64,000 nucleotides of DNA, from assembly GCF_004010195.1 (NCBI RefSeq), contig NC_057751.1, positions 7,716,137 to 7,780,136 on the forward strand. Direction: 5' to 3'. A model generated the notes under the pieces. That model did not search any database and had not been told where the DNA came from. It saw only the letters and a program-made list of their open reading frames with translations. Positions 1-13,571 of this stretch are shown piece after piece. How positions within the stretch are numbered: the first letter of the stretch is position 1; the number at the start of each line of letters is the position of its first letter. The stretch is from Chiloscyllium plagiosum (lineage: Eukaryota). The translations under genes and the position numbers were made by a program.

Positions 1-310
1 GCTAACCCGAGAATGCAACTTTTAAAAAAAGGTTTTGTGATTTACACATGAAAGAAGTGAAACTATCACTCTATTCTAACAGATGAAAGGCTTAACAGAC
101 AATCAATTTTTCAATGTATAATTTCAATTACATCACACAGTAAATTTTTGTATAAATTCTGTGTTACGATTGAGCCCTCCACTATCACCTGATGAAGGCG
201 CGTTGCTCCGAAAGCTAGCGTGCTTCCAATTAAACCTGTTGGACTATAACCTGGTGTTGTGTGATTTTTAACTTTGTACACCCCAGTCCAACACCGGCAT
301 CTCAAATCCT
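1..310 (+). mobile_element. Penelope-like element 3' UTR/tail (family A), truncated by window edge
   Basis: Similar to 51690-51955, the 3' end of the GIY-YIG-bearing PLE; contains CTGATGA..GAAAGCTAG hammerhead core. Confidence 0.8.
186..220 (+). ncRNA. Minimal type I hammerhead ribozyme motif (family A)
   Basis: cac-CTGATGA-aggcgcgttgctcc-GAA-AGCT-A-gcg; core intact, stems I and II each have a mismatch. Confidence 0.65.
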
Positions 311-683
311 GTGATGTCACCTTCAAGGAACTATGTACCTACAGCTCTCTTTGTACGACAACACACCCCAAGGCTCTACAATTAATTGTCCAAGTCCTGT
401 CCTGGTTTGTCTTACCAACAAGCAACAACTCGCATTTATCTGAATGAAACTCCATCTGCCATTCCTCAGCTTACTGGGCCCAAATGATCAAGATCTTGCT
501 GTACTCTGAGATACCTTTCTCGCTGTCCACTACACTACCAATTGTATTGTTACCCTCAAACTTACAAATCATGCTTCTTATATTCTCATCCAAATCAGTT
601 ATATAAATGACAAACAACAGTGGACCCAGCACTGATCCTTGCGGCACACTTCTGTTCACAGGCCTCCAATCTGAACAACCCTC
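311..683 (-). mobile_element. CR1-clade LINE RT fragment, decayed
   Basis: Minus-strand [23 protein letters not shown]. Confidence 0.85.
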
Positions 684-2103
684 GAACTCGGTGGGAAGCT
701 AGAGAAGTGATTGCTGGGCCTCTTGCTGAGATATTTGTATCATCGATAGTCACAGGTAAGGTGCTGGAAGACTGAAGGTTGGCTAACGTGGTGCCACTGT
801 TTAAGGAAGGTGGTAAGGACAAGCCAGGGAACTACAGACCAGTGAGCCTGACGTTGGTAGCGGGCAAATTGTTGGAGGGAATTCTGAGGGACAGGATGTA
901 CATGTATTTGGGAAGCCAAGGACTGATTAGGGATAGTCATATGGACTATATAGTCTTCAATAAGGCGCTCGACAAAGTTCCCCATGGGAGACTGGTGAGT
1001 AAGGTTAGATCTCACAGAATAAAGGGAGAACTAGCCATTTGGATACAGAACTGGCTCAAAGGTAGAGGACAGAGGGTGTGGTGGAGGTTGTTTTTCTGAC
1101 TGGAGGCCTGTGACCAGTGGAGTGCCACAAGGATCGGTGCTGGGTCCCCTACTTTTTGTCATTTACATAAATGATTTGGATGCAAGCATAAGAGGTACAG
1201 TTAGTAAGTTTGCAGATGACACCAAAATTGGAGGTGTAGTGGACAGCCAAGAGGGTTACACCAGGATCTGGACCAGATGGGCCAATGGGCTGAGAAGTGG
1301 CAGATGGAGTTTAATTCAGATAAATGCGAGGTGCTGCATTTTGGGAAAGCAAATCTTAACAGGATTTATACACTTAATGGTAAGTTTCAAGAAAGTGTGG
1401 CTCAACAAAGAGACCTTGGAGTGCAGGTTTATAGCGCCTTGAAAGTGGAGTCACAAGTAGATAGGATAGTGAAGAAGGCGTTTGGTATGCTTTCTTTTCT
1501 TGGTCAGAGTATTGAGTACAGGAGTTGCAGCTATACAGGACATTGGTAAGGCCACTATTGGAATATTACGTGCAATTCTGGTCTCCTTCCTGTTGGAAAG
1601 ATGCTGTGAAACCTGAAAGGGTTCAGAAAAGATTTACAAGGATGTTGCCAGGGTTGGAGGATTTGAGCTATAGGGAGAGGCTGAACAAGCTTGGGCTGTT
1701 TTGCCTGGAGCGTCGGAGGCTGAGGGGCAACCTTATAGAGGTTTACAAAATTATGAGGGGCATGGATAGAATAACTAGACAAAGTCTTTTCCCTGGGTTG
1801 GGGGAGTCCAAAACTAGAGGGCATAGGTTTAGGGTGAGAGGGGAAAGATATAAAAGGGACCAAAGGGGCAACTTTTTCACGCAGAGGGTGGTACGTGTAT
1901 GGAATGAGCTGCCAGAGGGTGTGGTGGAGGCTGGTACAATTGCAACATTTAAAAGGTGTTTGGATGGGTATATGAATAGGAAGGGTTTGGAGGGATATGG
2001 GCTGGGTGCTGGCAAGGGGGACTAGATTAGGTTGGGATATCTGGTTGGCATGGGTGGGTTGGACCGAAGGGTTTGTTTTCATGCTGTACATCTGTATGAC
2101 TCT
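684..2103 (+). mobile_element. CR1/HER1-like LINE, 5'-truncated and frameshifted
   Basis: [39 protein letters not shown]-like motifs; 3' tail ending tatgactct. Confidence 0.93.
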
Positions 2104-2209
2104 GAGATTCTGACAACCTCTACCACCACCCTCTGTCTCCAACCATGAAGCCAATTTGAATACAATTGGCTAGCTCTCCCTGGATCCTTTGTAATCCAAC
2201 TTTACTAAC

Positions 2210-2550
2210 TAGGGGAAAGTGAGGACTGCAGATGCTGGAGATCAGGGTTGAGAGTGTGGTGCTAGAAAAGCACAGCCGGTCAGGCAGCATCCGAGGAGCA
2301 GGAGAATCGAGGTTTTGGGACTATGCCCTTCATCAGGAATGAAGCTTGTGGGCCAGGTGTCTGAGAGATAAATGGGAGGGAGGTGGCACTGGGGGGAAGG
2401 TAGCTGGGAAAGTGATAGGTGGATGAAGGTGGAGGTGGAAGTGATAGGTTGGGGGGGAGACAGGCGGGGGGGGGAGGGGGGGGCAGGGGCAGTGCCGGTT
2501 TGGAGGTTTGGGACTGGGATAAGGTGGGGGGAGTTGGGGTCTGGGCTGCT
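2210..2550 (-). mobile_element. Penelope-like tail (family B) with degenerate hammerhead
   Basis: Reverse complement reads ttcCTGATGAagggcatagtcccaaaacctcga...ctcggatgctgcctga, matching the tail at 37420-37520. Confidence 0.75.
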
Positions 2551-4924
2551 TGCTTAACAATGCTTTGAGTGGTCTGGCCTGGTACATAACACGTGAGATT
2601 GTTGTTCTGCTTATGGACTCTAGCGGCAACTGCGAGAATCAGTGCACGCATTTCATTTTTTTTGACATAAGAAACCTTTTTGATGTTAAAACAAATAAAA
2701 TCCAATTCTCCATTTGGTTGGCATCACAAATGCCGCTCAGCTGTGCTGCACAGCCTGGCGTGAGTGAAGTAATCAGCTGGGGTGAGAACGCTGAGTCACT
2801 TGTCCGTGAACAAACCAAGATGAAAGGTCCATTAATCTGTTAGTTGAAATGTCACAAGCAATGCATGAATGTATCAATATCCTCAGAGCACAAGTTTCTG
2901 GTTTTAACTTGCATCCATTCTTTGCTTTCTGAGTTATTTCCAATCCTGTCTTCTTACAGGGTGTGCAGCCATTTCACATCCACAGCACCCCTTACCCTGT
3001 CGGTGGCTTGGCTGCAGAGGCGACGTTTGGACAAAGCAATGTGAGATTGAGTAGAAAGTCACAGGCTTGCCAAGCTGCCTGGGAGGGACCAGCTGGAGCA
3101 TTGGTTTCAGTTGGTGTCAGTGTGCCAGGACGCTGAGAGTGAGAGGGGGATATCAACTTGCCCCACTGTATGTCACAAGTCTACAGGGAAACACTTCAAA
3201 GTGGAAGAGGAGGCACCAGATGAGATGTTTGACAATCAATGTCTTCAGTATTTTTTGCGCAATAAAGAGCAGGCGAATTCTTTCATTGAACTGCTCCAAA
3301 CCTTGCACCTCCCATGATGTCAACTTGTCATGGTGATGGAGATTTCCCTCAAAAAGACCTCTGTGCTGAGGATCCAATTAAATCTATGAATGCTCAGACC
3401 TGGACACATGTCTGCCCGATGGACTCAAGGTGATCCAAGAACAAAGACAGACCGAGGCTCTGAGTGAGTTTCAAGTTTGAGAGTGACTTAGCTGCCTGGA
3501 TACGGGACTCTTAGCACTTTTTTGCAGAAGCCCAACAACTTGTCACAAAGAGAGATCACAATGAATGGTCAAGCAGTGAAGAGCCAAGCATGAGTGAAAC
3601 AGTCTCTGCAGAATTCATCGACTTTGAACTCCAGTCACTGGAGAGCAACATCCCCACTCTGTTCAATATGCATGAAACAAATAAATACATTTTTTGGATT
3701 CTGAAGGCATCGAGGGGAGAAACCTGGAATGTGGCATTGAGACAGATGATTAACCACCATCATAATACATGTCAGAGCAGGCTCCAAGGGCTGAGGGGCC
3801 TACTCCGGTTTTCACAGTTCATTCCAAGTGCTGAGGCCACCAAATGGTTCGTCGGTTCAGTCAATGACTTCAGGATTTTCTTTGTCCTGAAGACGACACC
3901 TGGTCACTAGTGGCCCCCAGGATGAAGATACAAGATGCACCGACCATGCCTGATTTGAAAATGGACGAGAGACACCAAAGCACTGATTTCAGTCTCCACC
4001 TCCCCCCTGCTAAGGGACAGAGGAAGTGCACAGGCTGTGGAATATTATGTTACAAACATAAATTCATTGTGGATCCTCTCAAACATACACGGCTGGATTT
4101 GAGAATTCATGACAGGCATTTGTCTGTCAGGATCGCCTACAGTGGCAGAGAAGCTGAGATGAAATTGCAACCCTGAGCTATCTCTCTTGACAAGGCTCAA
4201 AGCTAATAAATAGCTGGCAAATCAGAATCGAAGAGAAAAGCAGCCTGGAGCAGTAAAAGACAGAAGAGATGTTGTTTTCATTCTCTCCCTTTCTCTTGAA
4301 AGCACCACCAGGAGGGGAGAAATGGGGAAAGAAGGTCTTGTTTTGTTTCAGATGGAGCACTAAACTGCCTCAAACAGTGTCTCCTGAATTCCTTTGTACA
4401 GGATAAATAGATTGCCACCATAAAATGCTAACCGATTCAATTGTGACTCAATGGATCTCTGACAAAAAGCCCGTACCTTTATATTCCATTTATAAAGATT
4501 TATGAGATTGAATCAATTGTACAGAAAGAGATAGTAGATGACTGGGCAAATGTCCAGGAAACCACTCTGGGGCATAGGACAGTGACAAAACCTGACTTGT
4601 GATCTCGGAATTCAGAAGCGAACTGAAGCCTACAAATATTAATTGTGTTATTAAGATTCTTCATTGACACCAAGATGGGGAACTGATGAGCTCAATGAGT
4701 CATCGCTGTCTCCAGTTATGAGGCGGGTGTGAATGGAAAGAAAATAAAAATCTCATTTTTATCCACCATTATTCTCTCGCTCTTGGTCAGCAGACAGAGT
4801 TTTGCTTGCCTCTTGCTGGCAACTTTGCTCTCCCTCTCTAATTTGTCAACATATCCCCTGGTTATTTTACCACACCAGATGGTCTTCCTTAACAGATATC
4901 TTTGCAGCATCCTTGAACAGAGGT

Positions 4925-6308
4925 GAGATCCCGGAGGACTGGAGAATTGTTAATGTTGTTTCAGAAGGATAGCAGGGATACTCTAGGTAATTATAGACTG
5001 GTGAGCCTGAAGTCAGTAGTAATGAAGCTCCTGGAGAAGATACTGAGGTATAGGATCTATTCACATTTGGAAGAAAATGGGTTTATCAGTGATGTGCAGG
5101 GAAGATCATGTCTTACCAACTTAACAGAATTCTTTGAGGAAGTGACAAATTTGATTGATGAGGGAAGGGCTGCAGCTGTCATGCATATAAACTTCAGTAA
5201 GGTGTTTGATGGAAGGCTGATGAAAAAAGTGAAGTTGCATCAGGTCCAGGGTGTACTAGCTCGATGGATAGAGAACTGGCTGAGCAACAGGAGGCAGAGA
5301 GTAGTCGTGGAAGGGAATTTCCCAAACTGGGGAACTGTGACCAATGGTGTTCCACAGGGATCTGTGCTGAGACCACTGTTGTTTGAGATATACATAAATG
5401 ATCTGGAGGAAGGTATGGATGGTCTGATTAACAAGTTTGGTGGAAAGCAGATAGTGAAGGGGGCTGTCAAAGAATGCAGCAGAATATAGGTAGAATGCAG
5501 AGTTGGGTGACGAAATGGCAGATAGAGTTCAATCTGGGCAAATGCAAGGTGATGTATTTTGGAAGATCCAATTCTAGAGCAAGCTAAATGGAAAAGCCTT
5601 GGGGAAAATTGAGAGATCTGGGTGTTCAGGTCCATTGTACTCTGAAGGTGGCCACACAGGTCAATAGAGTGGTCAAGGCGGCATAAAGCATGCTTTCCTT
5701 CATCAGACAGGGTATTGAGTACAAGAGTTAGTCGGTCATGTTACAGTTGTATAAGACTTCAGTTCGGCCATATTTGGAATACTTCATCCAGTTCTGGTCA
5801 CCACATTACCTAAAGGATGTGGATGCTTCGGAAAGGCTGCAGAGGAGGTTCACCAGGATGTTGCCTGGTATGGAGGGCGCTAGCTATGAAGAGAGGTTCA
5901 GTAGATTAGGATTATTTTCATTAGAAAGACGGAGTTTGAGGAGGACCTGATTGAGGTCTACAAAATCATGAGAGGTATAGACAGGGTGGATAGCAAGAAG
6001 CTTGGTCCCAGAGTCAGGGACTCAATTACGAGGGGTCAAAAGTTCAAGATGAGAGGGGAAAAGTTTAAGGGAGCTATGCATGGACACATCTTTACGCAGA
6101 GGGTGATGGGTACCTGGAACACATTGCCAGTGGAGGTGGTAGAGGTGGGCACGATAGCATCAGTTCAGATGTATCTAGACAGGTACATAAATGGGCAGGG
6201 AGCAGAGGGATACAGATCTTTGGAAAATAAGTGACAAGTTTAGACAGAGGGTCTGGATCGGTGCAGGCTTGGAGGACTGAAGCATGTTCCTGTGCTATAA
6301 TTTTCTTT
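4925..6308 (+). mobile_element. CR1-clade LINE, decayed 3' half
   Basis: [40 protein letters not shown] motifs with stops. Confidence 0.92.
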
Positions 6309-6462
6309 GTTCTTCTGTTATTTGTTCTTGCTCCCTTCTCAAAACCTAAAATCTGCAATCCTTTATGTTACCTTCATTTTATGGATCATCATTGTGTCAA
6401 AATCTCAAGGTTCACTGCAAGTCTTCAGCTCACTTACCCAGACCTTCAGAGGTGTGGAATTC

Positions 6463-6870
6463 CCGTGGGGGGGGGTTTGACTTAAAAGGAGAGGCTGTGA
6501 TTTTTTTTAATCACTGGAGTGGAGGACGTTGAGAGGTGACTTTATAGAGCTTTATAAAATAATGAGGGGGTTCAGATAAGGTGTATCGCAGGTGTCTTTT
6601 GCCTAGATGGAGGATTTCAAGACAAGGGGGCTTTTTTTTTTAAGGTGAGAGGAGAGTGGTTTGTGTGTAGAATGAACTTTCAGAGAGAGTGGTGAATGCA
6701 GGTATAATCACAACGTTTAAAAGACATTTGGATAAATTGCTGAATAGGAAGGGTTTGGAGGGATATGGGCCAAGTGCAGGCAGGTGGGACTGGTTCAGTT
6801 TGGGATTATGGTCAGCATGGACAGGTTGGACCGAAGGGTCTGTTTCCATGCTGTACGAGTCAATGGCTGT
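6463..6870 (+). mobile_element. CR1 3' end inserted into a duplicated segment
   Basis: GLEGYGPSAG and 3' UTR; interrupts homology with 21100-21630. Confidence 0.85.
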
Positions 6871-7347
6871 CAAACTCTCTCCTTGGCCATTCAACTTTGA
6901 GGTTTTTACAAAACAAAAAGAAAACTTGTCTTGTTCAGGACTGAGGATTGTGCTACCCCAAAGGCAGTCAGCGAATCAGGGGCTGAGCAGAATCTGTGCT
7001 CACCTTATCGCCAATCTCGCTTGCACTAGATTTTTAGCTCACAGTTTGCAGTCAAACAGATGGGATAATCTTTGCGCGGCCATTCAGATACACACAGCAA
7101 TTTTTATCATATCTGACATAAAACTAAATATTTTTTATTTGCTTCCTTGTACAGAATTGACAACACTGTCCAAGAAAATATTCTAGCCTGCTGTGCTCAA
7201 TTAAACTCCTGCACTCTGGTGTCAGGACACTATAACAATAGTTGTGTGTTGGTGATCTCCCATGCCAGTGATAGTCAATGTTATGGCAAGGTAGATTCAC
7301 TGAATATTTCTAGCCCTCACAGGTAAATACATTCCTCAGGGGTTAGG

Positions 7348-8055
7348 TGTTATGAAGATGTGGGCGCACTGCACCTTTAAGAAAGTTAAAAGCTAGTAGA
7401 ACTAGCTGACAGAACCAAGTGTCCTCAACAAGACACAATGTTGCATGTGGCCCAGCAGTTAGGGGAGCTGGTTACCTGGAGACAAAAATGGAATTGAATT
7501 AGGCCAAATCAGTTTAAATTATACTCCCCCAAAATACCAAATTCTAATCCAGTTTGAATTTAGTATATTGACAATCTGAAAAGCCAATGACACAATCCGA
7601 TGCTTTGGGGGATATAAGACTGGGGAATATTGAATAGTTGGGAGGAGAAGTGCCAAGCCACCAGCATGTAAAGACTGCCTGAAAAATAACTCTCTGAAAG
7701 GTACCTTTATCGATCAGTAACTTATGAAGCAGAATCCCCAAGAAGAAAAGAAGACAGGAATACAGAAAAGAACGGAAAGCTGCCTGGTTTTGAGATAAGA
7801 AGCTTTGTTTTGTAAATCTTCTTCGGGCTTTTATCAGACCAGTATTGTTGAGAGGAAAGTAGAAGATAGGTGAGAGGAAGGAGTTGTAAATAGTTGTTAG
7901 TTAATTATTCTCTGTTATATTTTAAGAAATAAAGTTATTAATTTTTACTTTCAATATTCTCGGCCTCTTGAATTTTCACAGATTACTACACGGGATAAAT
8001 CTTTTCCTTGTTGCTGGTTTAAATTAAGCAGGAGAGTTTACCCCATGTCATAACG
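7348..8055 (+). mobile_element. Solo LTR, homologous to 29398-30102
   Basis: Starts TGTTATG, ends CATAACG; internal TATAA and AATAAA; flanks TAGG/AAGG. Confidence 0.75.
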
Positions 8056-8914
8056 AAGGAGAGCAGAGGAAATATCATGGAGTTAGAACATGGGCTGCAG
8101 AGTTATGGATGAGCTTAAGCTTACAGGCAGGGCCATGGAAGGTAGAAGGAACGTGCATTGTAAATGTCAGGAAATGTTGGAGGTAGCAAAATCATAGGTG
8201 ATCAGATGATGCAGGGACGAGTGCAAAGACCATGTCCTCGCTGTACTTTTGATTGTAGGCTGAAGTAAGGGGTGGGGAGAACTGTTTCAAAACCAAGGAT
8301 GTTCAAGGGATCATTGCACTTCTTTGAAAGCAAGTAAACTGGCACCCATTGGAAGCAGTGTTTACACAGCCCCTGGTTCAATGCTAAGATGAGCTGGAAC
8401 CAACGGTTATGGAGAGATGGAGGTTCAGCCAACAACAAATATCTGATTGGTCTGTGGATCAAAGTTTATCAGCGACAAAGGCCTTCTGCTTACCAGCATC
8501 TGTTTGATCAACTCTGAGCGAGCTGAACAGCTTGGTGTTGAGAATAAGTCAGGGAGAAGCCATTAGATCTCTATCAGCTGGGGAGCTCATTCTGGAATAC
8601 GATTTAGAATTAGAAAGAATAAAGGTCAAAGACTTCATAAAATCAGTCCCTCTGTGTCCCCTGGAAACCATGGAGAGCATCTAGAGAAGAAAGACCGAGA
8701 AACAGTATTCCGATCAGCATAAAGACCATTTCTGTGAACAAGGACAACTGAGCTGCCTCCCAGTTTCTCCCTCTGTCCGTAAGAACCACGTATTTTCCCT
8801 CTGTGTTTATATACACGTACATGACAGTACAGAAGACCTTATCAGAGGATGTGAGAGTTTTTACAAGCAGAGTTGTACAGTGACAGTTCACAATATTTTA
8901 CCTGAAATGAGAGT

Positions 8915-9700
8915 CGTAAAGTCTTAGAGATGTCCAGCATGGAAACAGACCCTTCGGCCCAACTCGTCCATGTCAATCAGATATCCTAATTCTAGTACCA
9001 TTTGCCATCACTTGACTCATCCTCCCGAAACTCTAAACCCTTCCTATTCATGTACCCATCCAGATGCCTTTTAAATGTTGTAATTGTACCAGCCTCCACC
9101 ACTTCATGTGGCAGCTCATTCCATACACACACCACCCTCTGCGTGAAAAGGTTGCCCATTAGGTCCCTTTTAAATCTTTCCCCTCACTCCTTAATCCTTT
9201 GCCATCTAGTTTTTGGACTCCTTTTCCCTGGGGAAAAGGGCTGATGAAGGGCTTATGCCCGAAACGTCAATTTTCCTGCTCTTTGGATGCTGACGGACCA
9301 GCTTTCCTAGCATTACACTCTTCAATCCTGGGGAATAGACCTTGACTCTTCACCCCATCCAGTCCCCTCATAATTTTATTAACCTCTATAAGGTCAGCCC
9401 TCAGACTCCGAAATTCCAGGGAAAACAGCCCCAGCCTATTCAGCCTCTCCCTATAGCTCAAACCCCCCAACCTTGGCAACATCCTTGTAAATCTTTTCTG
9501 AACCCTTTCAAGTTTCATAAAATCATTCCTTTAGCAAGGAGAGCAGAACTGAATGCAGTATTCCAAAAATGGCCTAAGCAATGTCCTGCACAACCACACC
9601 ATGATCTTCCCAACTCCTGTACTCAATGGAGTGACCATTAAAGTCCAGCTTACCAAATGCCTTCTTCACTACCTTGCCTACCTGTGACTCCGCTTTCAAG
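8915..9700 (-). mobile_element. CR1 3' fragment interrupted by a PLE-tail insert
   Basis: KLERVQKRFTRMLP on the minus strand. Confidence 0.88.
9239..9326 (+). mobile_element. ~88-bp hammerhead-bearing PLE-tail insert (family B)
   Basis: CTGATGAagggcttatgcccGAAACGTC; flanked by cctggggaa(a/t)ag at 9227-9238 and 9327-9338. Confidence 0.75.
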
Positions 9701-12587
9701 TAAAGTGAATTTTACCAGTAATGAGCTGTGATTTTTGGAAGTACAGTCACTTATTCTGTGCTTTGTGTCAACCTAGGTTCAAGGGTCAGGCGAATTGGAG
9801 GAATTGTGAGTGCTTTTTAAAAAACCTTCAAATCTCGTGGCGCATCCGGGATTTGTGTGGCTCAACTTCCAGCACGTTATCGCGGTGAGGTGTTGCAGTG
9901 GCTGCAAACCAGACTGTTTTGATTCACTCAGCTTCGGAGTTTGGAAGCAATGCCTGAATGTGGCCAGTTTGTGATGAAGGAAATAACCGAGGTTGAAAAA
10001 TCAATACAGTTGTGACCTGCAAGAGAAGATGTCCTGTTGGGAATAACTCACTGACACGAAAGCAGATTTCCCAGCTGAAAGTTCCTGCAAAAACACTTTG
10101 CAAGGCGTTCAACTTAAACGAGTAATTATAACCAATATCGTACAGTCAAAAGATACCACTGGAGTGGTGGCAATCCCCTAACTAGCAAGCGCATTAGCAA
10201 CAACAAAAAGCTGCTAAGAGCTGGGATTTCAGAGAACACATAATCTGCACTTGGGAAGCATTTCAGTCTGATGAGTAAATCACATACAACAACCACAGGG
10301 AAATGAAGACTGAAAGACAAAACTGTGGGTTTCAGGGATGATAAGTGTTCCTGTTATTCAGCTTCATGGAACACTGCAAAATCATGGCTTGAGACGAACA
10401 CATTGTGCAAAGACTTTGTGAGGAAAAAAAAACAACTTTATATTGTAATCATCTTGACCGAAAGATGTACTGCACTGTTTTAAAACCTGGAATCATTGTG
10501 GTAAAGCATGTAAAAATGTCAGCTCACCTGTACGTAGCAATGATCAATAACCAGATTTCTAATAAAATTCTGTTGGTTTCAGTGATAAATGAAAGACAGA
10601 TGGTCCTAAGTAGGCGAAAAGACTGACGTGTATCAGTGTCTGGAGTGGGACATGAATCAAACCTCTGGCTCAGAGGGAAAGCTGCAGTTCATTGGAGCGC
10701 TGGGGCCAATAGGCAGCCTATTTTCCAGCACTTGGTCTCATTTAAGACTCGCACATTTGGGATCGAGTGCAACTCTCTCTCCCTTTCTCTGTCTCCAGCA
10801 GGAACAGGTTGGGAACGTTATCAGGAGGCTGGAGATGTCACACTGGGAAGGGGGCTACATACAAGAGGATAAGTTCCTGCCCTTCTTTCGCAAATCTTTG
10901 CCAATCTTGCGCTGACTTCCAGTTCACAACCGCGTCCAGCTGGGTGACCAAAATCAGGAGCTCGATCTGAGGGAATACTACACAACCCGAAAGCTGCAGT
11001 ATTCCTGGGAGAGGTCCTCGATGGGCTTTTCATCATCCTTAAAGATCATACCAAGGGCAAAACCCTTGGAATTTGGAGATAAGACTCTTGCATAGATAAA
11101 GCACAGGCACAAATGGCTGGGCTGGGTGGGGTAATTCCTCTAGAAAGCTGAGGGCGGTCCGATTTGCTGTCCAAGTGTTTGAGGACCTTGGAGCAACCGT
11201 GTAATAATGTCACGGAGACGCTCCTCACTGAGTATAAATAGAACAGTGTGGGGAGAGTTAAGGAAAGGAGAGAGAAACACGAGAAGAGTGAGGCAGAAGT
11301 CAGTTCAGACGGCTGTTTGAAGCAGGCATGGAGACGCATGTGGGGTGAAGCAACTAGCATTACGCCATGGAGTTCATAAAAGAGTAATTCCAAAATGGTA
11401 CAGTGAGATTGCAGCTTGGCATTGCTCTGAGCAGCATACAGGTCGTTCTGCTGTAATGCCACAGCATAATTGACGAATTGGGGGGACACTGTTTCTGAAG
11501 CACGTCTTGGCTATAACATGATTCCAACCCCATTAGGTTAAATGGTGTTGCTATTACATGATTTTCTGATAACACAGGGTTGCATATAAACAGAACTAAC
11601 ACGTTATAGTGGAACCAATTGTATGTTGAAGGATTTAGACATAATGTGATGAACAATGTCGTGATGAAGCCCAAGTCTGAAGGTAGTCCTTCACAAAGCT
11701 TTCTCCTTGAACAGTCTGTCTTTAATCTAGACTCAGGGATGCAGGCATAAAACCATCTAATAAAGGACACTTTGAGACATGGAGGCCATCAGAGGATTAG
11801 CAATCAGGAATGGTCATGAAATTTCTCCATTTTCCTGAATTCTTGCACAGACAATGAGTGAAGGTCCACTGCCAAACAGAGAATGGGAGCCCTTGACTTC
11901 CTTTTCCTTGCCACATTACCCCCACAGATCAAGTGAGAGGTCTGGACCCACAGGCCCCTCCTGAGTTCCCAGAACATTGGCTCCTCCAATTTTGGAATAA
12001 TTAACCTCTGGTTTAAAAAAAAACAGTTTGAGATGCAGTGAAGAGGAACATTGTAGGAGGACATGGCTTCTCAAAACAAGCATGCTCCTCAGTCACAAAG
12101 CAAAACAAAACATCAGAACCCAAGAAATCCTGCTTCCTGCATTGCCTATTTTCCTGAAACTGATCCACATTCCTGACTGTGAACACCGAACAAAAAATGC
12201 ACTCACTTAATCCTTAATGAACAGCACTTAATGTGTAATTGAATAAAGCAGCACTGATTAGCCTGGCTGTGAAGGTAAATTAGCCTTGATGAGTGAAATC
12301 CAACACTCTGCTGAATGATTTGCTGACACTGGTGTTCTGAAGACACAAATCTTTCGTCAGAATTCATGCCTTTGCTCCTCAACATGCCCGATGTCCAACC
12401 AGATGCTTACCTCAAAGTGTTGCCTTCAGGCATGTCAATATGGACAAGGAATCCTGGCAATGATGGCAAATCGATTGACCGTGCTCGAGCCAATCGCTGG
12501 ACGGATTGCGATCCAAGGAGATCACCTCACCTTTCCCTCTTTGCCAGGGTCAGCCAAATGGCTTAGTACGGCACCAAGCCAAGGGCA

Positions 12588-12958
12588 GGTAATGGCCTAG
12601 TGGTATTATCGCTGGTTATTAAGCCAGAGACCCAAATAACATGCTGGGGATCTGGGTGCAAAAATCATTACAGCAGATGGTGGAATCTGAATTCAATAAT
12701 CCAGAATGAAGGATCTAATGATGACCATGAATCCATGGCTGTGTTTTGGAAATCCCATCTGGTTCATCTGGTCCTTTGGGGAAAAAAAACTACCATCCTG
12801 ACCTGGTCTGACCAACATGTGACTCCAGATCCACAGGGATGTGGCTGACTCTTAACCACCACCAACCCCCCCTGCCCCCCCCCCCCTCCACGAGCAATTA
12901 GGGATGAGCAATAAATGCTGCATAGCCAGCTACACCCTCATCCCATGAATGAATAAAT
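12588..12958 (+). mobile_element. Second tRNA-derived SINE family (unnamed here)
   Basis: A-box-like tggcctagtggt, degenerate B box, tail gcaataaatgctg...tgaatgaataaa; homologous to 28495-28835. Confidence 0.6.
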
Positions 12959-13319
12959 CAGCTCTTTCTCTTAGTTGGCCTCACTCGAGTCCATTTCCCT
13001 CAAACTCCTCCACTAACTGACACCAATTGCGGGGTGAGGCCAATGCCTCAATTCTCCATTTCTCAGCCTCGTTTCCAAATTCCTTCCTTCCGCTCAGCCC
13101 TCCCCCCTCCGCTAGCCTCTCTGATGTCTCTTCCATCCTTCCAATTCCAGCCTCTTGCCCTTCCCCTCAAATGATATGTCTCTGCCACTGCTGCCTGTAC
13201 AAAAAGCTGCATGGATTCTACAATCCTCCCCAAAGCCCTCTGCCTGTCACAATGATGGTACTCAAAGACTACCTCTTGAACCAACCAACATTTGTGCTTT
13301 GGTGTCAAATTTTGCAGAG

Positions 13320-13571
13320 AGCCATAGAAAACAGGTTCATGAGTTGGCCATTCGGTGCTTTGAGCCTGCACCCCCCCCATTCAATATGATCATGGTTGAT
13401 CATGCAAACTCAGTATCCCACTCTCACTTGCTCTCCAAACCCCTTGATCCCTTTAGCCACAAGGGCAATGTCCAGCTCCCTCTTGAATATATCTAACGAA
13501 CTGGGCCTGACAGCTTCCCGTGGGAGAGAATTCCACAGGTTCACACTTTCCGAGTGAAGAACTTCTTCCTC
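13320..13571 (-). mobile_element. CR1 3' end (continues at 15309-15645)
   Basis: VNLWNSLPREAV..FKRELDIAL on the minus strand. Confidence 0.8.

Noticed and set aside
311..2103. Head-to-head CR1 pieces as one twin-primed inversion
   Set aside because: Both pieces cover the same RT region, so they are separate insertions
3051..3317. Protein-looking ORF ending ...FIELLQTLHLP
   Set aside because: No recognisable family and no convincing acceptor in frame
10799..11094. Strong plus-strand acceptor followed by a frame with one internal TGA (selenoprotein or readthrough idea)
   Set aside because: No recognisable homology and no SECIS identified; can occur by chance
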